From the NCBI GenBank assembly GCA_963728875.1, contig CAVSLJ010000002.1, positions 461,821 to 525,820 on the forward strand: a DNA stretch of 64,000 nucleotides, read 5' to 3'. The stretch comes from an uncultured Solirubrobacterales bacterium (lineage in GTDB: Bacteria > Actinomycetota > Thermoleophilia > Solirubrobacterales > 70-9). The notes under the pieces are model-generated. The model worked only from the letters and a program-made list of their open reading frames with translations. It ran no database searches and was not told where the DNA came from. Positions 35,103 through 44,701 of the stretch are shown here, piece after piece. The number at the start of each line of letters is the position of its first letter. Position 1 is the first letter of the stretch. Position numbers and translations under genes: made by a program.

Positions 35103-36173
35103 CTAACCCCGCGTGACGGCGGGGTTACCGCCGGGGATCAGGTCTCCGAGCTGGTCGATCGGCGGATCGGAGGTTGCCTCGTAGCGCAACACCTCGCCGT
35201 CGTCGACCTCGCGGACGTAGCCCGCATTGACCAGGAGGTCCACATGGCCGATCACCTCCGAGAGGGTCAGGAAGGCCTGGGTGACGGCGACGTCGCCCCA
35301 GAGCGCCTGTGCGAGCTCATGTCCGGTGCGGGGCTCCTCCGCGATCAGGCCGTAGAGCTTCTCCGCCCGCCGCTGGTGCATCGCGAAGCGCTGGTCGATC
35401 AGGGCGACGTGGTCGGTGATCGGCTCGCCGTGCCCCGAGAGGACGATCTCGGCCGGGAGCTCGCGCGTCTTCTTGAGCGACTCGAGGTAGGCGACCAGCG
35501 CCTGCGTGCGCTCGGCCGAGCCATCGAGCGGGCGCGAGATCAGGGGGTTGGAGGAGATGTGCTTGATCAGATGGTCGGCGGCGAGCAGGATCCGCCGCTC
35601 CTCGTCCCAGAAGACCGTGTCGGACGGGCTGTGGCCGGGTCGGTGCTGAACCTCCAACCGCCTATTGCTGAGCTCGACCACCTCGCCGTCGTGGAGCGGC
35701 CTCGTCACCTTCGCCTTCGACCCCCAGGCCCGGAAGCTGCCGGTCACCTGGCGGAGCGCCGTGACCACCTCGTCCGAGATCCCGTGCCGCCGCATCAGGG
35801 CGGCCGCCTCCTCGTCGTCGCGCTCGGCGTCGTCCCCGAAGTTCTCCACGAAGGGCACGAGCAGATCGAGGGCCGCCACTTCCGCCCCTGACCGCTTGGC
35901 GACGATGTCGACGAGCCCGAGATGGTCGATGTGCTGGTGCGTGATGATCACCAGCTCCAGGTCCTCGATCTTGTGACCCAGGGCTTCGAGCTGCCGCTCG
36001 AGCTCGTCGAGAGCCTTGCCGGAGTTGGGGCCGGAGTCGACGAGGGCGAGCGGCTCGCCCTCCAATAGGTAGGTGTTGACGCGCCCGACTTGGAAGGGGG
36101 TCGGGACCCGCAGCACCCGGATGCCGGCGTCCGTGATCCGCTGCCAGACCTCGACCGGGGTTTCGTCAGTCAC
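35103..36173 (-). CDS. MBL-fold metallo-hydrolase with C-terminal winged-helix-like domain
   Basis: ITHQHIDHLG motif with downstream His/Asp ligands. Confidence 0.75.
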   Translation of the reverse strand: MTDETPVEVWQRITDAGIRVLRVPTPFQVGRVNTYLLEGEPLALVDSGPNSGKALDELERQLEALGHKIEDLELVIITHQHIDHLGLVDIVAKRSGAEVAALDLLVPFVENFGDDAERDDEEAAALMRRHGISDEVVTALRQVTGSFRAWGSKAKVTRPLHDGEVVELSNRRLEVQHRPGHSPSDTVFWDEERRILLAADHLIKHISSNPLISRPLDGSAERTQALVAYLESLKKTRELPAEIVLSGHGEPITDHVALIDQRFAMHQRRAEKLYGLIAEEPRTGHELAQALWGDVAVTQAFLTLSEVIGHVDLLVNAGYVREVDDGEVLRYEATSDPPIDQLGDLIPGGNPAVTRG

Positions 36174-37546
36174 GAGCGGATCAGGCCCAGCACCTCGTCC
36201 CGCTTCTCCTCCATGTGCTCGCGAGAGACCAGCGATTCGAGGTTGAGGCGGAGAAGCGGCTCGGTGTTGGAGGGGCGCACGTTGAAGTGCCAGTCCGGGT
36301 AGTCGACGGAGATTCCGTCGAGGTGCCCGACGTCGCCGTCCGAATAGCGCTCCTCGATCTCGTGCATCTTCGCGTCCTGGTCGGCGACCTCGGAGTTGAT
36401 CTCGCCCGAGATGAAGTACTTGGAGCGGAACTCCTCCATCAGCTCGCTGAGCGAGCGCCCGTCCTTCGAGATCAGCTCGAGCATCAGCAGGGCGGGCATC
36501 GTTCCCGAGTCCGCGCAGTAGAAGTGGCGGAAGTAATAGTGCCCCGAGACCTCTCCGCCGAATGCCGCGCCGGTCTCCCGCATCCGGATCTTGAAGAAGG
36601 CGTGCCCGACCCGGCTCAAATCGGACTTTCCGCCGGCCGCCGCCACCGTGTCGGGGACGGCGCGGCTCGAGCGCGGGTCGTAGAGGATCGTCGAGCCGGG
36701 CTCCTTGGCCAGCGCGGCGCGGGCGAGCAGGGCGCAGACGAAGTCGCCGTCGCAGAAATTCCCCTGACCGTCGATGAAGAAGCAGCGGTCGGCATCCCCA
36801 TCCCAGGCGATCGCGAGATCGAAGCCGCCCCCCTTCACCTGCTCGACCAGCATGCCGCGGTTCTCCTCGAGGAACGGATTCGGCCCCGCCTCGGGGAAGT
36901 CGCCGTTCGGCGCCCAGCGGCTGGTGGTGACCTCGATGTCGAGCTGATCGAGGAGGGGGCCGATCATCGGGCCCGCCATGCCGTCGCTGCCGTCGGCCAG
37001 GATCCGCAGGGGGCCGATGGAGGCCGGGTCGATCACCGAGATCATGTGCCTGTGGAAGTCGGGATAGACGTCGACCTCCTCGACTGAGCCACCGCCCGGC
37101 GGATCGGGCAAGCCGGCCTCGATCTTTGCGCGCACGTCCTGAATGCCGGCGTCGCCCGAGAGCGCCAGCGCACCTTCGCGCATCAGCTTCACCCCCGTGT
37201 ACTTCTTCGGGTTGTGAGAGGCGGTGACCATCGCACCTCCGTCAAGCTCACGGGAGCCCACCAGGAAATAGCTCAGCTCGGTCGCGATCTGGCCGGCGTC
37301 GATCACCGTGACGCCCTCGTCGACCAGCCCACGCCGAACTCCATCCGCCATCTCAGGCCCGTTCAGGCGCATGTCGCGACCCAGCCCGACACGGAGCTCC
37401 GAGGGCTCCTTCTCGCGCAGCTTCGCCAGCACCCGTGCGAACGCTCGGCCGATCAGGTGGGCGGTCTCGCCATCCAGTTGCTCGCCATAGACGCCGCGGA
37501 TGTCGTAGGCCTTGAAGATCTCGGCCGGGGGAGCGGTGATGGCCAT
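36170..37546 (-). CDS. Phosphomannomutase/phosphoglucomutase
   Basis: Active-site loop TASHNPKKYTG, a metal loop DGDADR, and GEVSGH. Confidence 0.9.
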   Translation of the reverse strand: MAITAPPAEIFKAYDIRGVYGEQLDGETAHLIGRAFARVLAKLREKEPSELRVGLGRDMRLNGPEMADGVRRGLVDEGVTVIDAGQIATELSYFLVGSRELDGGAMVTASHNPKKYTGVKLMREGALALSGDAGIQDVRAKIEAGLPDPPGGGSVEEVDVYPDFHRHMISVIDPASIGPLRILADGSDGMAGPMIGPLLDQLDIEVTTSRWAPNGDFPEAGPNPFLEENRGMLVEQVKGGGFDLAIAWDGDADRCFFIDGQGNFCDGDFVCALLARAALAKEPGSTILYDPRSSRAVPDTVAAAGGKSDLSRVGHAFFKIRMRETGAAFGGEVSGHYYFRHFYCADSGTMPALLMLELISKDGRSLSELMEEFRSKYFISGEINSEVADQDAKMHEIEERYSDGDVGHLDGISVDYPDWHFNVRPSNTEPLLRLNLESLVSREHMEEKRDEVLGLIRS

Positions 37547-38049
37547 CAGCCGCCGAACGCCTTGCGGACGGTCTCGAAGCTGTCCTCGAGCGTCTGGTTC
37601 ATCACGCGTGTGTCGCCGAGGACGGGCATGAAGTTGGTGTCGCCGCCCCAGCGCGGAACGACGTGCATGTGGATGTGGTGCTCGACCCCGGCGCCCGCCA
37701 CGCGGCCCTGATTGAAGCCGACGTTGTAGCCGTGGGGCGCATAGCTCGACTCCAGCGCGTTCATCCCGCGCTGGGCGAGCGCCATCATCTCCGCGATCGT
37801 GTCGGCATCGATCTCCTGGAGTGCGGCGACGTGCTCGTAGGGCGCCACCATCAGGTGACCGTTCGTATACGGGTACTTGTTGAGGATCACGAAGCAGCGC
37901 TCGCCGCGGTGGACGATCAGATTGGCGGCGTCGTCACCGGCGTCGAGAGCGGCGCAGAAGACGCAGGCGTCGGAGTTGTCCTTGGAAGCGTCCTTCACGT
38001 ACTCGAGCCGCCAGGGAGCCCAGATCCGCTGAGTGGCCACCCGCGGCAT
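37546..38049 (-). CDS. HIT-family nucleotidyl hydrolase/transferase (Ap4A phosphorylase-like)
   Basis: RIWAPWRLEYV..., CVFC, ILNKYPYTNGHLMVAP, and HHIHMHVVPRW. The start could instead be 38100. Confidence 0.75.
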   Translation of the reverse strand: MPRVATQRIWAPWRLEYVKDASKDNSDACVFCAALDAGDDAANLIVHRGERCFVILNKYPYTNGHLMVAPYEHVAALQEIDADTIAEMMALAQRGMNALESSYAPHGYNVGFNQGRVAGAGVEHHIHMHVVPRWGGDTNFMPVLGDTRVMNQTLEDSFETVRKAFGG

Positions 38050-38153
38050 CGTACGCAGCGTCGCCTGCCCGGGCCGCCCTGGGGTGTCCTTTGCCACCAT
38101 TTTGGACGGGAAGCCGCGACCGAGTTGGACTTAAAGGCTGCAACAGAAGTCAC

Positions 38154-38182
38154 TTGACTCTCGTGGCAAGGCGGGGGAGAAT
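38154..38182 (+). promoter_or_regulatory. Candidate sigma-70-type promoter (TTGACT, 17 nt spacer, GAGAAT)
   Basis: By-eye match in the intergenic region about 60 nt upstream of the kinase gene. Confidence 0.25.
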
Positions 38183-38241
38183 CGCCTTGAGTCCGGCGGT
38201 TTTGTTGGGGGAGGGCTCGACAGGGGAAACCAACCGGGCAG

Positions 38242-39834
38242 TTGGAGCAGCCCTCGGAAGGCGTCCGAATTCCAGACACGCAGTCATCGCAAGCGACTTC
38301 GCAAGCGACTTCGACGTTCGAGCAGTTCCTGGAGTTCGTCCCAGACGCGATCGTCGGAGCGACGGCTGACGGCTCGATCGTGCTCGTCAACCGGCAGGCA
38401 GAGACCCTGTTCGGCTACTCGCGTGATGAGCTGCTCGGCAGGCCGCTGGAGATCCTGGTTCCGCGGCGGTTCCAGGAGTCGCACCCGGGACACCGGGCGA
38501 CGTACTTCAGCGAGCCGGGGACGCGCCCGATGGGGGCCGGCAGGGAGCTGGCGGCGGTCCGCAAGGACGGCAGTGAGTTTCCGGCCGAGATCAGCCTGTC
38601 GAGCATCGAGATGGAGCAGGGGGTGGTCGCTGCGGCGGCGGTGCGCGACATCTCGGAGAGAGCCGAGAGCGAGCGCGAGAAGGCGCTGCAGGAGCAGCTC
38701 AATCGCGCCCGGAGGCTGGAGAGCGTCGGGCAGCTCGCCGGAGGCATCGCGCACGACTTCAACAACCTGCTCGGCGTGATCATCAACTACTCAAGCTTTG
38801 TGGCTGAGGATCTGCCGGAGAGCTCACAGGCCAGGGAGGACCTGGCGGAGATCAAGAAGGCGGCGGAGCGCGGGGCGTCACTGACCCGCCAGCTCCTGAT
38901 CTTCAGCCGCCGCGATACCGCCCGGCCGGAGGTGCTGGATCTCGCCCAGGTCGCGGCCGAGCTGGAGAACCTGCTGGAGAAGGCGCTCGGCGAGCGAGTG
39001 GAGATGAAGACGGTCTTCGCCGAAGACCTCTGGCCGATCGCAGCGGATCCAGGTCAGATGGGGCAGGTCCTGGTCAATCTCGCCGTCAACGCGCGGGATG
39101 CCATGCCGGGCGGCGGCCAGTTGGTGATCGAGGGCGGCAACATCCGTCTGGACGAGGAATACGGTGAGCTTCACCCCGACACGCCGGCGGGCGACTACGT
39201 ACGCCTCATGGTGAGCGACACGGGGGTGGGAATGGATCGCGACGTCGCCGAGCGCGCCTTTGAGCCCTTCTTCACGACCAAGGACAAGGCCAAGGGGACC
39301 GGTCTGGGCCTGGCCACGGTGTACGGCATCGTCACGCAGAGCGGCGGGCGCGTCGACCTCTACTCCGAGCCCGGGATGGGCACGACCATCAAGATCCATC
39401 TGCCTGCGAGCTCGGAGGCGCCGCGCACCGCGGCCGCCGAGCCGGCGGGTCCCAGATCCGGCCAGGGTGAGGTGATCCTGGTGGTGGAGGACGAGCCCGA
39501 CGTGCGGAGCATGACCGAGCGGATCCTCTCGAAGGGCGGCTACGGGGTGATCGGGAGGAGCGACGGTGAGGCCGCGCTGGAGCTCTGCGAGGCGCCCGAG
39601 CAGTCGATCGATCTCCTGCTCACGGATGTCGTGATGCCGGGCATGCTCGGCACCGAGCTGGTTCAGCGCATCACGGAGATTCGCCCCGATCTCCCCGTCA
39701 TCTACATGTCCGGCTACAGCCACGAGGTGCTGGCGGCGAGCAGGTTCGGCGAGGAGTCGGGAGCCGCCTTCATCGAGAAGCCGTTCAACAGCCGTCAGCT
39801 CCTGGAGATGGTCGGAGGACGTCTCGATGGATAG
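38242..39834 (+). CDS. Hybrid sensor histidine kinase/response regulator (PAS-HisKA-HATPase-REC)
   Basis: PAS domain (PDAIVGATADGSIVLVNRQAETLFGY), H-box (GGIAHDFNNLL), N/G boxes (NLAVNARDAM, GTGLGLATVYGIV), and a C-terminal REC domain (ILVVEDEP...DLLLTDVVMPG). Confidence 0.9.
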   Translation: MEQPSEGVRIPDTQSSQATSQATSTFEQFLEFVPDAIVGATADGSIVLVNRQAETLFGYSRDELLGRPLEILVPRRFQESHPGHRATYFSEPGTRPMGAGRELAAVRKDGSEFPAEISLSSIEMEQGVVAAAAVRDISERAESEREKALQEQLNRARRLESVGQLAGGIAHDFNNLLGVIINYSSFVAEDLPESSQAREDLAEIKKAAERGASLTRQLLIFSRRDTARPEVLDLAQVAAELENLLEKALGERVEMKTVFAEDLWPIAADPGQMGQVLVNLAVNARDAMPGGGQLVIEGGNIRLDEEYGELHPDTPAGDYVRLMVSDTGVGMDRDVAERAFEPFFTTKDKAKGTGLGLATVYGIVTQSGGRVDLYSEPGMGTTIKIHLPASSEAPRTAAAEPAGPRSGQGEVILVVEDEPDVRSMTERILSKGGYGVIGRSDGEAALELCEAPEQSIDLLLTDVVMPGMLGTELVQRITEIRPDLPVIYMSGYSHEVLAASRFGEESGAAFIEKPFNSRQLLEMVGGRLDG

Positions 39835-41287
39835 CCCGAACCAGACACACTTGTCCGGACCCGCCCAGTACGCAGCCAACGGCCGGACCGAGGGCTCAGC
39901 ACGCATTCTCGTCACGGACGACGAGGCGGCCATGCGGTCGATCATCGTCCGGGTCCTCGGCGATCGATACGTCTGCGATGAGGCGGCCGATGTCCCCGAG
40001 GCGCGCGAGAGGCTCGAGCAGGAGGAGTACGCGCTGGTCCTCTGCGACATACACCTGCCGGGCGAGTCCGGGTGGACTCTCGCCGAGGAGATTCTGGAGC
40101 GCCATCCGAGCACCGCGGTGGTGTTCCTCACCGGGGAGGGCGACATGCGGCTGGCCCAGGACGCGATCAACCTGGGGGCCTTCGGCTACATGGTCAAGCC
40201 CTTCGAGCGGGGCCAGCTTCTGATCACGGTCATGAACGCCCTGAAACGACGAGATCTCGAGTTGGCCGAGGGGGCGCACAAGCAGGCGCTCGAGCGGCAG
40301 CTCCAGACCGTGATCGACAGATCTCCACTGAGCATCTACATCAAGGACCGGGATCTGCGATTCATCGCGATCAACCGCGCCGGCAGCGTTCCGTCCGGAC
40401 TGGAGCCCGAGGAGCTGATCGGGAAGACCGTGGACGTGTTCATGACGCCCGAGGCAGCCCTGACCTCTCGTGAGGGCGACCTCCGGGTGTTCGAGAGCGG
40501 GGAAGCCTATGAGGCCGAGGAGACGCTGACGATGAGCGGGACGATGAGCACGCTGCGGACCGTGAAGTTCCCTCTGCTGGGCGAGGACGGCGAGGTCCAG
40601 GCGGTCTGCGGGATCTCGCAGGACATCACCGCGGAAAAGGAGGCCCAGCGCCTGCACGATGAGCTGGTGAGAACGCAGCGACGCTCAATCGACGAGCTGC
40701 GCCAGTCCAGGCGGGAGACCGTCGCTCTGCTCGCGCGGACGGTGGAGTTGCGCGACGGCGAGACGGGCGCGCACGTCACCCGGATGGCCCGGGTGACCGC
40801 CTTCCTTGCAGCGCTCTTGGGAATGGACGAGGTTGAGATGGACCTGCTGCAGGAGGCGGCGGTGATGCACGACGTCGGGAAGATCGGGATCCCGGACGAG
40901 ATCCTGCTCAAGCCAGGTTCGCTCACCGAGGAAGAGCGCAAGGCGATGCAGCTTCACACCACGATCGGGGGCGAATTGCTCGCGAACTCGGACACCGCGC
41001 TGTTGCGTCTGGCGGCAACCATCGCCCTGACTCATCACGAGCACTGGGACGGGACCGGGTATCCCCGTGGGCTCGCTGGGGAGTCGATACCCCTCGAGGG
41101 GCGAATCGTGGCGGTGGCGGACGTGTTCGACGCTCTGCTCAGTGACCGCCCCTACCGGCCGGCCATGGAGCTGGACAGGACTCTCGAGATAATCCGCGAG
41201 GGGCGTGGGACGCACTTCGACCCCGCAGTCGTCGACATGCTGCTCGCGCATGTCGACGAGACGTGCGCGATCCGCGAGCGGGGTTGA
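39827..41287 (+). CDS. Response regulator with PAS and HD-GYP (c-di-GMP phosphodiesterase) domains
   Basis: REC domain (ILVTDDEAAMR...LCDIHLPG), PAS domain, and HD-GYP (HDVGKIGIPDEILLKPG...HHEHWDGTGYPRGL). The gene overlaps the kinase gene by 8 nt. Confidence 0.88.
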   Translation: MDSPNQTHLSGPAQYAANGRTEGSARILVTDDEAAMRSIIVRVLGDRYVCDEAADVPEARERLEQEEYALVLCDIHLPGESGWTLAEEILERHPSTAVVFLTGEGDMRLAQDAINLGAFGYMVKPFERGQLLITVMNALKRRDLELAEGAHKQALERQLQTVIDRSPLSIYIKDRDLRFIAINRAGSVPSGLEPEELIGKTVDVFMTPEAALTSREGDLRVFESGEAYEAEETLTMSGTMSTLRTVKFPLLGEDGEVQAVCGISQDITAEKEAQRLHDELVRTQRRSIDELRQSRRETVALLARTVELRDGETGAHVTRMARVTAFLAALLGMDEVEMDLLQEAAVMHDVGKIGIPDEILLKPGSLTEEERKAMQLHTTIGGELLANSDTALLRLAATIALTHHEHWDGTGYPRGLAGESIPLEGRIVAVADVFDALLSDRPYRPAMELDRTLEIIREGRGTHFDPAVVDMLLAHVDETCAIRERG

Positions 41288-41291
41288 GCGG

Positions 41292-42293
41292 CTAGAGCCA
41301 GCCGCGCTTGCGGAAGTAGGCCACCATGCCGGCCAACAGGACCACCATGACCCCGGCGATCTCGTAGAAGGCAGGCGTGCTGCCTTCGCCCGGAACGCGG
41401 ACGTTCATGCCCCAGATGCTCGCCAGCAGCGTGAGCGGCAGGACGATGACGCTGATCGAGGTCAGCACGCGCAGGATGTCGTTGACGCGGTGCGAGATCA
41501 CCGACTCGTTGGTGTCCTCGAGCGCCTCGACGACCTCCTTGTAGTTCTCGAGCATGTCCCAGATGCGCTCGTGGGCGTCGACGATGTCGTCGAAGTAGAT
41601 CTCCAGGTCCATGTCCGGCGCCAGGTAGCGCTGCTTGACCTTCTCCAGGTCCCTGAGCACCGGCCGCTGCGGGCGGATCACCTTGCGGAAGTTGATGATC
41701 TCCTGCTTGACGTTGGAGATGTCGCGCACGATCTCCTCGGAGCGGCCCTCGAAGATCTCCTCCTCGAGCACGTCGAGCTTGTTGCCGATCTTGCGCAGCA
41801 TCGGGAAGCAGTAGTCGAAGCCGTCGTCGACCAGGCGGTACAGCAGGTAGCCGGAGCCGCGCGAGAAGAGCTGCTCGCGGATCTCCTCCTTCTGGCGGCA
41901 GCGCTCGAACAGGTACTCGACCGGCTGCAGCGGCTGGTTGGGGATCGTGATCAGGAAATCGGCGCCGACGAAGAGGTCGAGCTCGCCGGCGCCCAGGCGC
42001 CGGGCCGAGCGGTCGAAGATCGGGAACTGAAGGACGATGAAGAGGTAGTCGTCGTAGACGTCGATCTTCGGCCGCTGGTTGCGGGAGAGGACGTCCTCGT
42101 AGTCCAGGGCGTGGAAGTCGAAGTTCTCCTCCAGCCAGGCCTGCTCGAGCGCACCGGGGTGGTCGATCTTGATCCAGCGCAGGCCCTCGGCCGCGATCTC
42201 CTCGACGTTCGGGGTCTGCGGCTCAGGCGGAAGCGGCGCGACGAGCTCGCCCGGGCGGGTTCGGCGCAGTCTGGGACGAGGGAGGTTCGGCAT
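41292..42293 (-). CDS. corA: Magnesium/cobalt transporter CorA
   Basis: C-terminal two TM segments with a GMN motif (IWGMNV) and CorA-like length and N-domain. Confidence 0.88.
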   Translation of the reverse strand: MPNLPRPRLRRTRPGELVAPLPPEPQTPNVEEIAAEGLRWIKIDHPGALEQAWLEENFDFHALDYEDVLSRNQRPKIDVYDDYLFIVLQFPIFDRSARRLGAGELDLFVGADFLITIPNQPLQPVEYLFERCRQKEEIREQLFSRGSGYLLYRLVDDGFDYCFPMLRKIGNKLDVLEEEIFEGRSEEIVRDISNVKQEIINFRKVIRPQRPVLRDLEKVKQRYLAPDMDLEIYFDDIVDAHERIWDMLENYKEVVEALEDTNESVISHRVNDILRVLTSISVIVLPLTLLASIWGMNVRVPGEGSTPAFYEIAGVMVVLLAGMVAYFRKRGWL

Positions 42294-42440
42294 CTTCCGG
42301 ACCTGTCGTGTTCGTCGCTTCGATCTCCATAGTTATTCCACTGTACTGCGACGCCGGGCGAGCGGCGCACGCCGGGGCCCGGTTTTGCGCATGTAAATGC
42401 GGATTGAGCCCATTGCTATATTCCTCAGTCACATAGTCAC

Positions 42441-42612
42441 CACATCAAGAGGGGTGGAGGGACTGGCCCGATGAAACCCCGGCAACCCCCTCGGATCTCG
42501 GTCCGAGGAAGGTGCCAACTCCAACAGGTGTCGTTCCGCAAATGCCTGGAAGATGTGGGAAGAGCGCTCCTCACGGAACCTCCGCCCACATCCAGCCCGG
42601 CGGAGGTTTTTT
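42441..42612 (+). promoter_or_regulatory. SAM-I (S-box) riboswitch with intrinsic terminator
   Basis: Core aptamer sequence is AUCAAGAGGGGUGGAGGGACUGGCCCGAUGAAACCCCGGCAACC ... GGUGCCAACUCCAACAG ... GAAGAUGUG closing P1. The terminator is ACCUCCGCC...GGCGGAGGU plus U6 at 42578-42612. CCCACAUC can pair with GAUGUGGG as an antiterminator. Confidence 0.85.
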
Positions 42613-42626
42613 CGTAGAGGAGCCAG

Positions 42627-43862
42627 ATGGCAGTCGAATCTCTCAAATGCAAGGAATGCGGGGAGACCTATCCGCTCGAGGCCCGTTTCGTCTGCGAGCA
42701 GTGCTTCGGGCCGCTGGAGGTCTCCTACGACTTCTCGGATCTGGACGCCGAGGAGGCACGGCGGAAGATCCAGGCCGGCTCGCGGGGCATCTGGCGCTAC
42801 TCGGACTTCCTGCCATTTGATGGCCGACCCGGCGATCCGCTCGAGCCGGGGCTGACGCCTCTGATCCGGGCCGACCGGCTGGCCGACCGGCTTGGCATCG
42901 GCGAGCTCTGGATCAAGAACGACGCCGCGAACCCGACGCACTCCTTCAAGGACCGGGTCGTCGCGGTGGCCGTGGCCAAGGCCAAGGAGCTGGGATTCGA
43001 GACCGTCGCCTGCGCGTCGACCGGGAACCTCGCCAACGCCGTCGCCGCCCACGCGGCCGCGGCCGGGCTCGACTCCTACGTCTTCGTCCCAGCCGACCTC
43101 GAGGAGCAGAAGCTGCTCGCGACCGGGATCTACGGCACCAACCTGGTCGGGATCCGGGGCACCTACGACGACGTCAACCGGCTCTGTACTGAGCTCAGCC
43201 AGACGCACCCCTGGGCCTTCGTCAACGTCAACCTGAGGCCGTACTACTCCGAGGGCTCCAAGACCCTCGCCTTCGAGACGATGGAGCAGCTCGGCTGGAG
43301 CCTGCCGGACCGGATCGTCGGGCCGATCGCCTCGGGCTCGATGTTCACGAAGCTCGCGAAGGGGATCCGGGAATGGCTCGATGTCGGCCTGGTGGAGGGG
43401 GACCTGCCCACCTTCTGCGGCGCCCAGCCCGAGGGCTGCTCTCCCGTGGCGACCGCCTTCGCGGAGGGCTGGGACGTCTGCAAGCCCGAGCGGCAGCCCG
43501 ACACGATCGCGAAGAGCCTGGCGATCGGCGACCCGGCGGATGGCCCCTATGCGCTCGAGCTCGCGCGAAGGACCGGTGGCGCGATCGAGTCGGTCAACGA
43601 CGATGAGATTCGCGCCGGGATCAAGCTGCTGGCGGAGACCACCGGAGTGTTCACCGAGACGGCCGGAGGCGTCACCGTCGGCGTCCTCGCGAAGCTCGCC
43701 GAGGCGGGCGAGATCGGATCCGACGAGCGTGTCGTCGCCTACATCACCGGCGAGGGCCTGAAGACGCTCGACGCCGCGCGCGAGTCCTTCCGGATGCACG
43801 AGATCGATCCCACCCTCGACGCGTTCGAGGCGGAGTTCGAAGGGGTCGGCGTCTCGACCTGA
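42627..43862 (+). CDS. Threonine-synthase-like PLP enzyme with N-terminal zinc ribbon (candidate sulfur-carrier-dependent homocysteine synthase, MetM-like)
   Basis: CKECG...CEQC ribbon, PLP lysine motif NPTHSFKDR, and ThrC-fold length. It is preceded by the SAM riboswitch and followed by a MoaD/ThiS-like gene. Confidence 0.7.
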   Translation: MAVESLKCKECGETYPLEARFVCEQCFGPLEVSYDFSDLDAEEARRKIQAGSRGIWRYSDFLPFDGRPGDPLEPGLTPLIRADRLADRLGIGELWIKNDAANPTHSFKDRVVAVAVAKAKELGFETVACASTGNLANAVAAHAAAAGLDSYVFVPADLEEQKLLATGIYGTNLVGIRGTYDDVNRLCTELSQTHPWAFVNVNLRPYYSEGSKTLAFETMEQLGWSLPDRIVGPIASGSMFTKLAKGIREWLDVGLVEGDLPTFCGAQPEGCSPVATAFAEGWDVCKPERQPDTIAKSLAIGDPADGPYALELARRTGGAIESVNDDEIRAGIKLLAETTGVFTETAGGVTVGVLAKLAEAGEIGSDERVVAYITGEGLKTLDAARESFRMHEIDPTLDAFEAEFEGVGVST

Positions 43863-43881
43863 TGACTAAGATCTTCGCCCG

Positions 43882-44154
43882 ATGAGCGTCACCGTGAAGA
43901 TCCCGGCGCAGCTCCGTGCCGCCACCGGCGGCGACGGCGAGATCGAGGTCGAGGGCTCCACCGTCGGCGAGGCGCTCGACGCGGTCTTCGACCAGCACGA
44001 CGGCCTGCGCGAGCGGATCACCCAGGACGGAGACCTGCGCCGGTTCGTGAACGTCTACGTCTCCGGTGAGGACATCCGCTTCCAGGACGGCCTCGACACG
44101 GCCGTCACGGACGGCGACGAGGTGACGATCCTGCCGGCGGTCGCCGGCGGCTGA
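43882..44154 (+). CDS. MoaD/ThiS-family sulfur carrier protein (ends in GG)
   Basis: 90 aa with the beta-grasp pattern (MSVTVKIPAQLR...FVNVYVSGEDIRF...DGDEVTILPAVAGG stop). Confidence 0.8.
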   Translation: MSVTVKIPAQLRAATGGDGEIEVEGSTVGEALDAVFDQHDGLRERITQDGDLRRFVNVYVSGEDIRFQDGLDTAVTDGDEVTILPAVAGG

Positions 44155-44198
44155 CGCTCGCGGGATTCGGGCGCGGCGCGTCCGGGTAGGGAGGGGCC

Positions 44199-44666
44199 GT
44201 GCGAAAGCTTCTGGCAGCGGTCGTGCTGGTCGGCGTACTCGTGTTCCTCGCCGCGCCCGCCGGGGCGAGGAAGCACCACAGCCACAAGCCCTCGGGAGTC
44301 GCCGGGACGGTCCTCAACTCCACCTGCCCCGGCGCCTGTGCCGAGCCGCCTCCGCCGGAGCCGCTCTACACGGGCGAGGTGACCATCACCGTCACCCGGG
44401 TGAGCGACGGGCGGCAGGTGGCGAGCCAGGCGATCAGCGAAGGCCACTTCAGGCTGAGGCTGAAGAAGGGCGCCTACAGCGTCAGCTCGGTGCCGCCCAG
44501 TCCGCCGACCTGCGATCCGACGCCGCAAACGGTCTGTCCCCTGGACCAGGCGCAGGGCGCCGCGATCGTGCGCCCCTGCATGCAGGGCGAGACGAAGCAG
44601 ATCCAGGTGCGCCGCCACCGCTTCACGCACGTCGAGCTGCGCGTGAGCAACGTCTGCATCGTGTGA
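44199..44666 (+). CDS. Hypothetical secreted Cys-containing protein
   Basis: Signal peptide (LLAAVVLVGVLVFLAAPAGA). The middle resembles a carboxypeptidase-regulatory-like beta sandwich (GVAGTVLN...GHFRLRLKKGAYSV). This is weak. Confidence 0.45.
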   Translation: MRKLLAAVVLVGVLVFLAAPAGARKHHSHKPSGVAGTVLNSTCPGACAEPPPPEPLYTGEVTITVTRVSDGRQVASQAISEGHFRLRLKKGAYSVSSVPPSPPTCDPTPQTVCPLDQAQGAAIVRPCMQGETKQIQVRRHRFTHVELRVSNVCIV

Positions 44667-44701
44667 GCGAGACGCTTTCCTGAGGGGAGTAGGCTCGAGT
44701 T

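Noticed and set aside
33048-38100. Two HIT-family genes plus MBL hydrolase, lipid kinase and PMM as a possible nucleotide-signalling or defence cluster
   Set aside because: All are common housekeeping-type families with no shared regulatory or repeat features. The two HIT proteins belong to different subgroups. I found no evidence of a functional system beyond adjacency.
42429-43799. 456-aa minus-strand ORF over the riboswitch and the ThrC-like gene
   Set aside because: It is antisense to a PLP enzyme with the NPTHSFKDR motif and to a structured RNA. Its composition is not protein-like.
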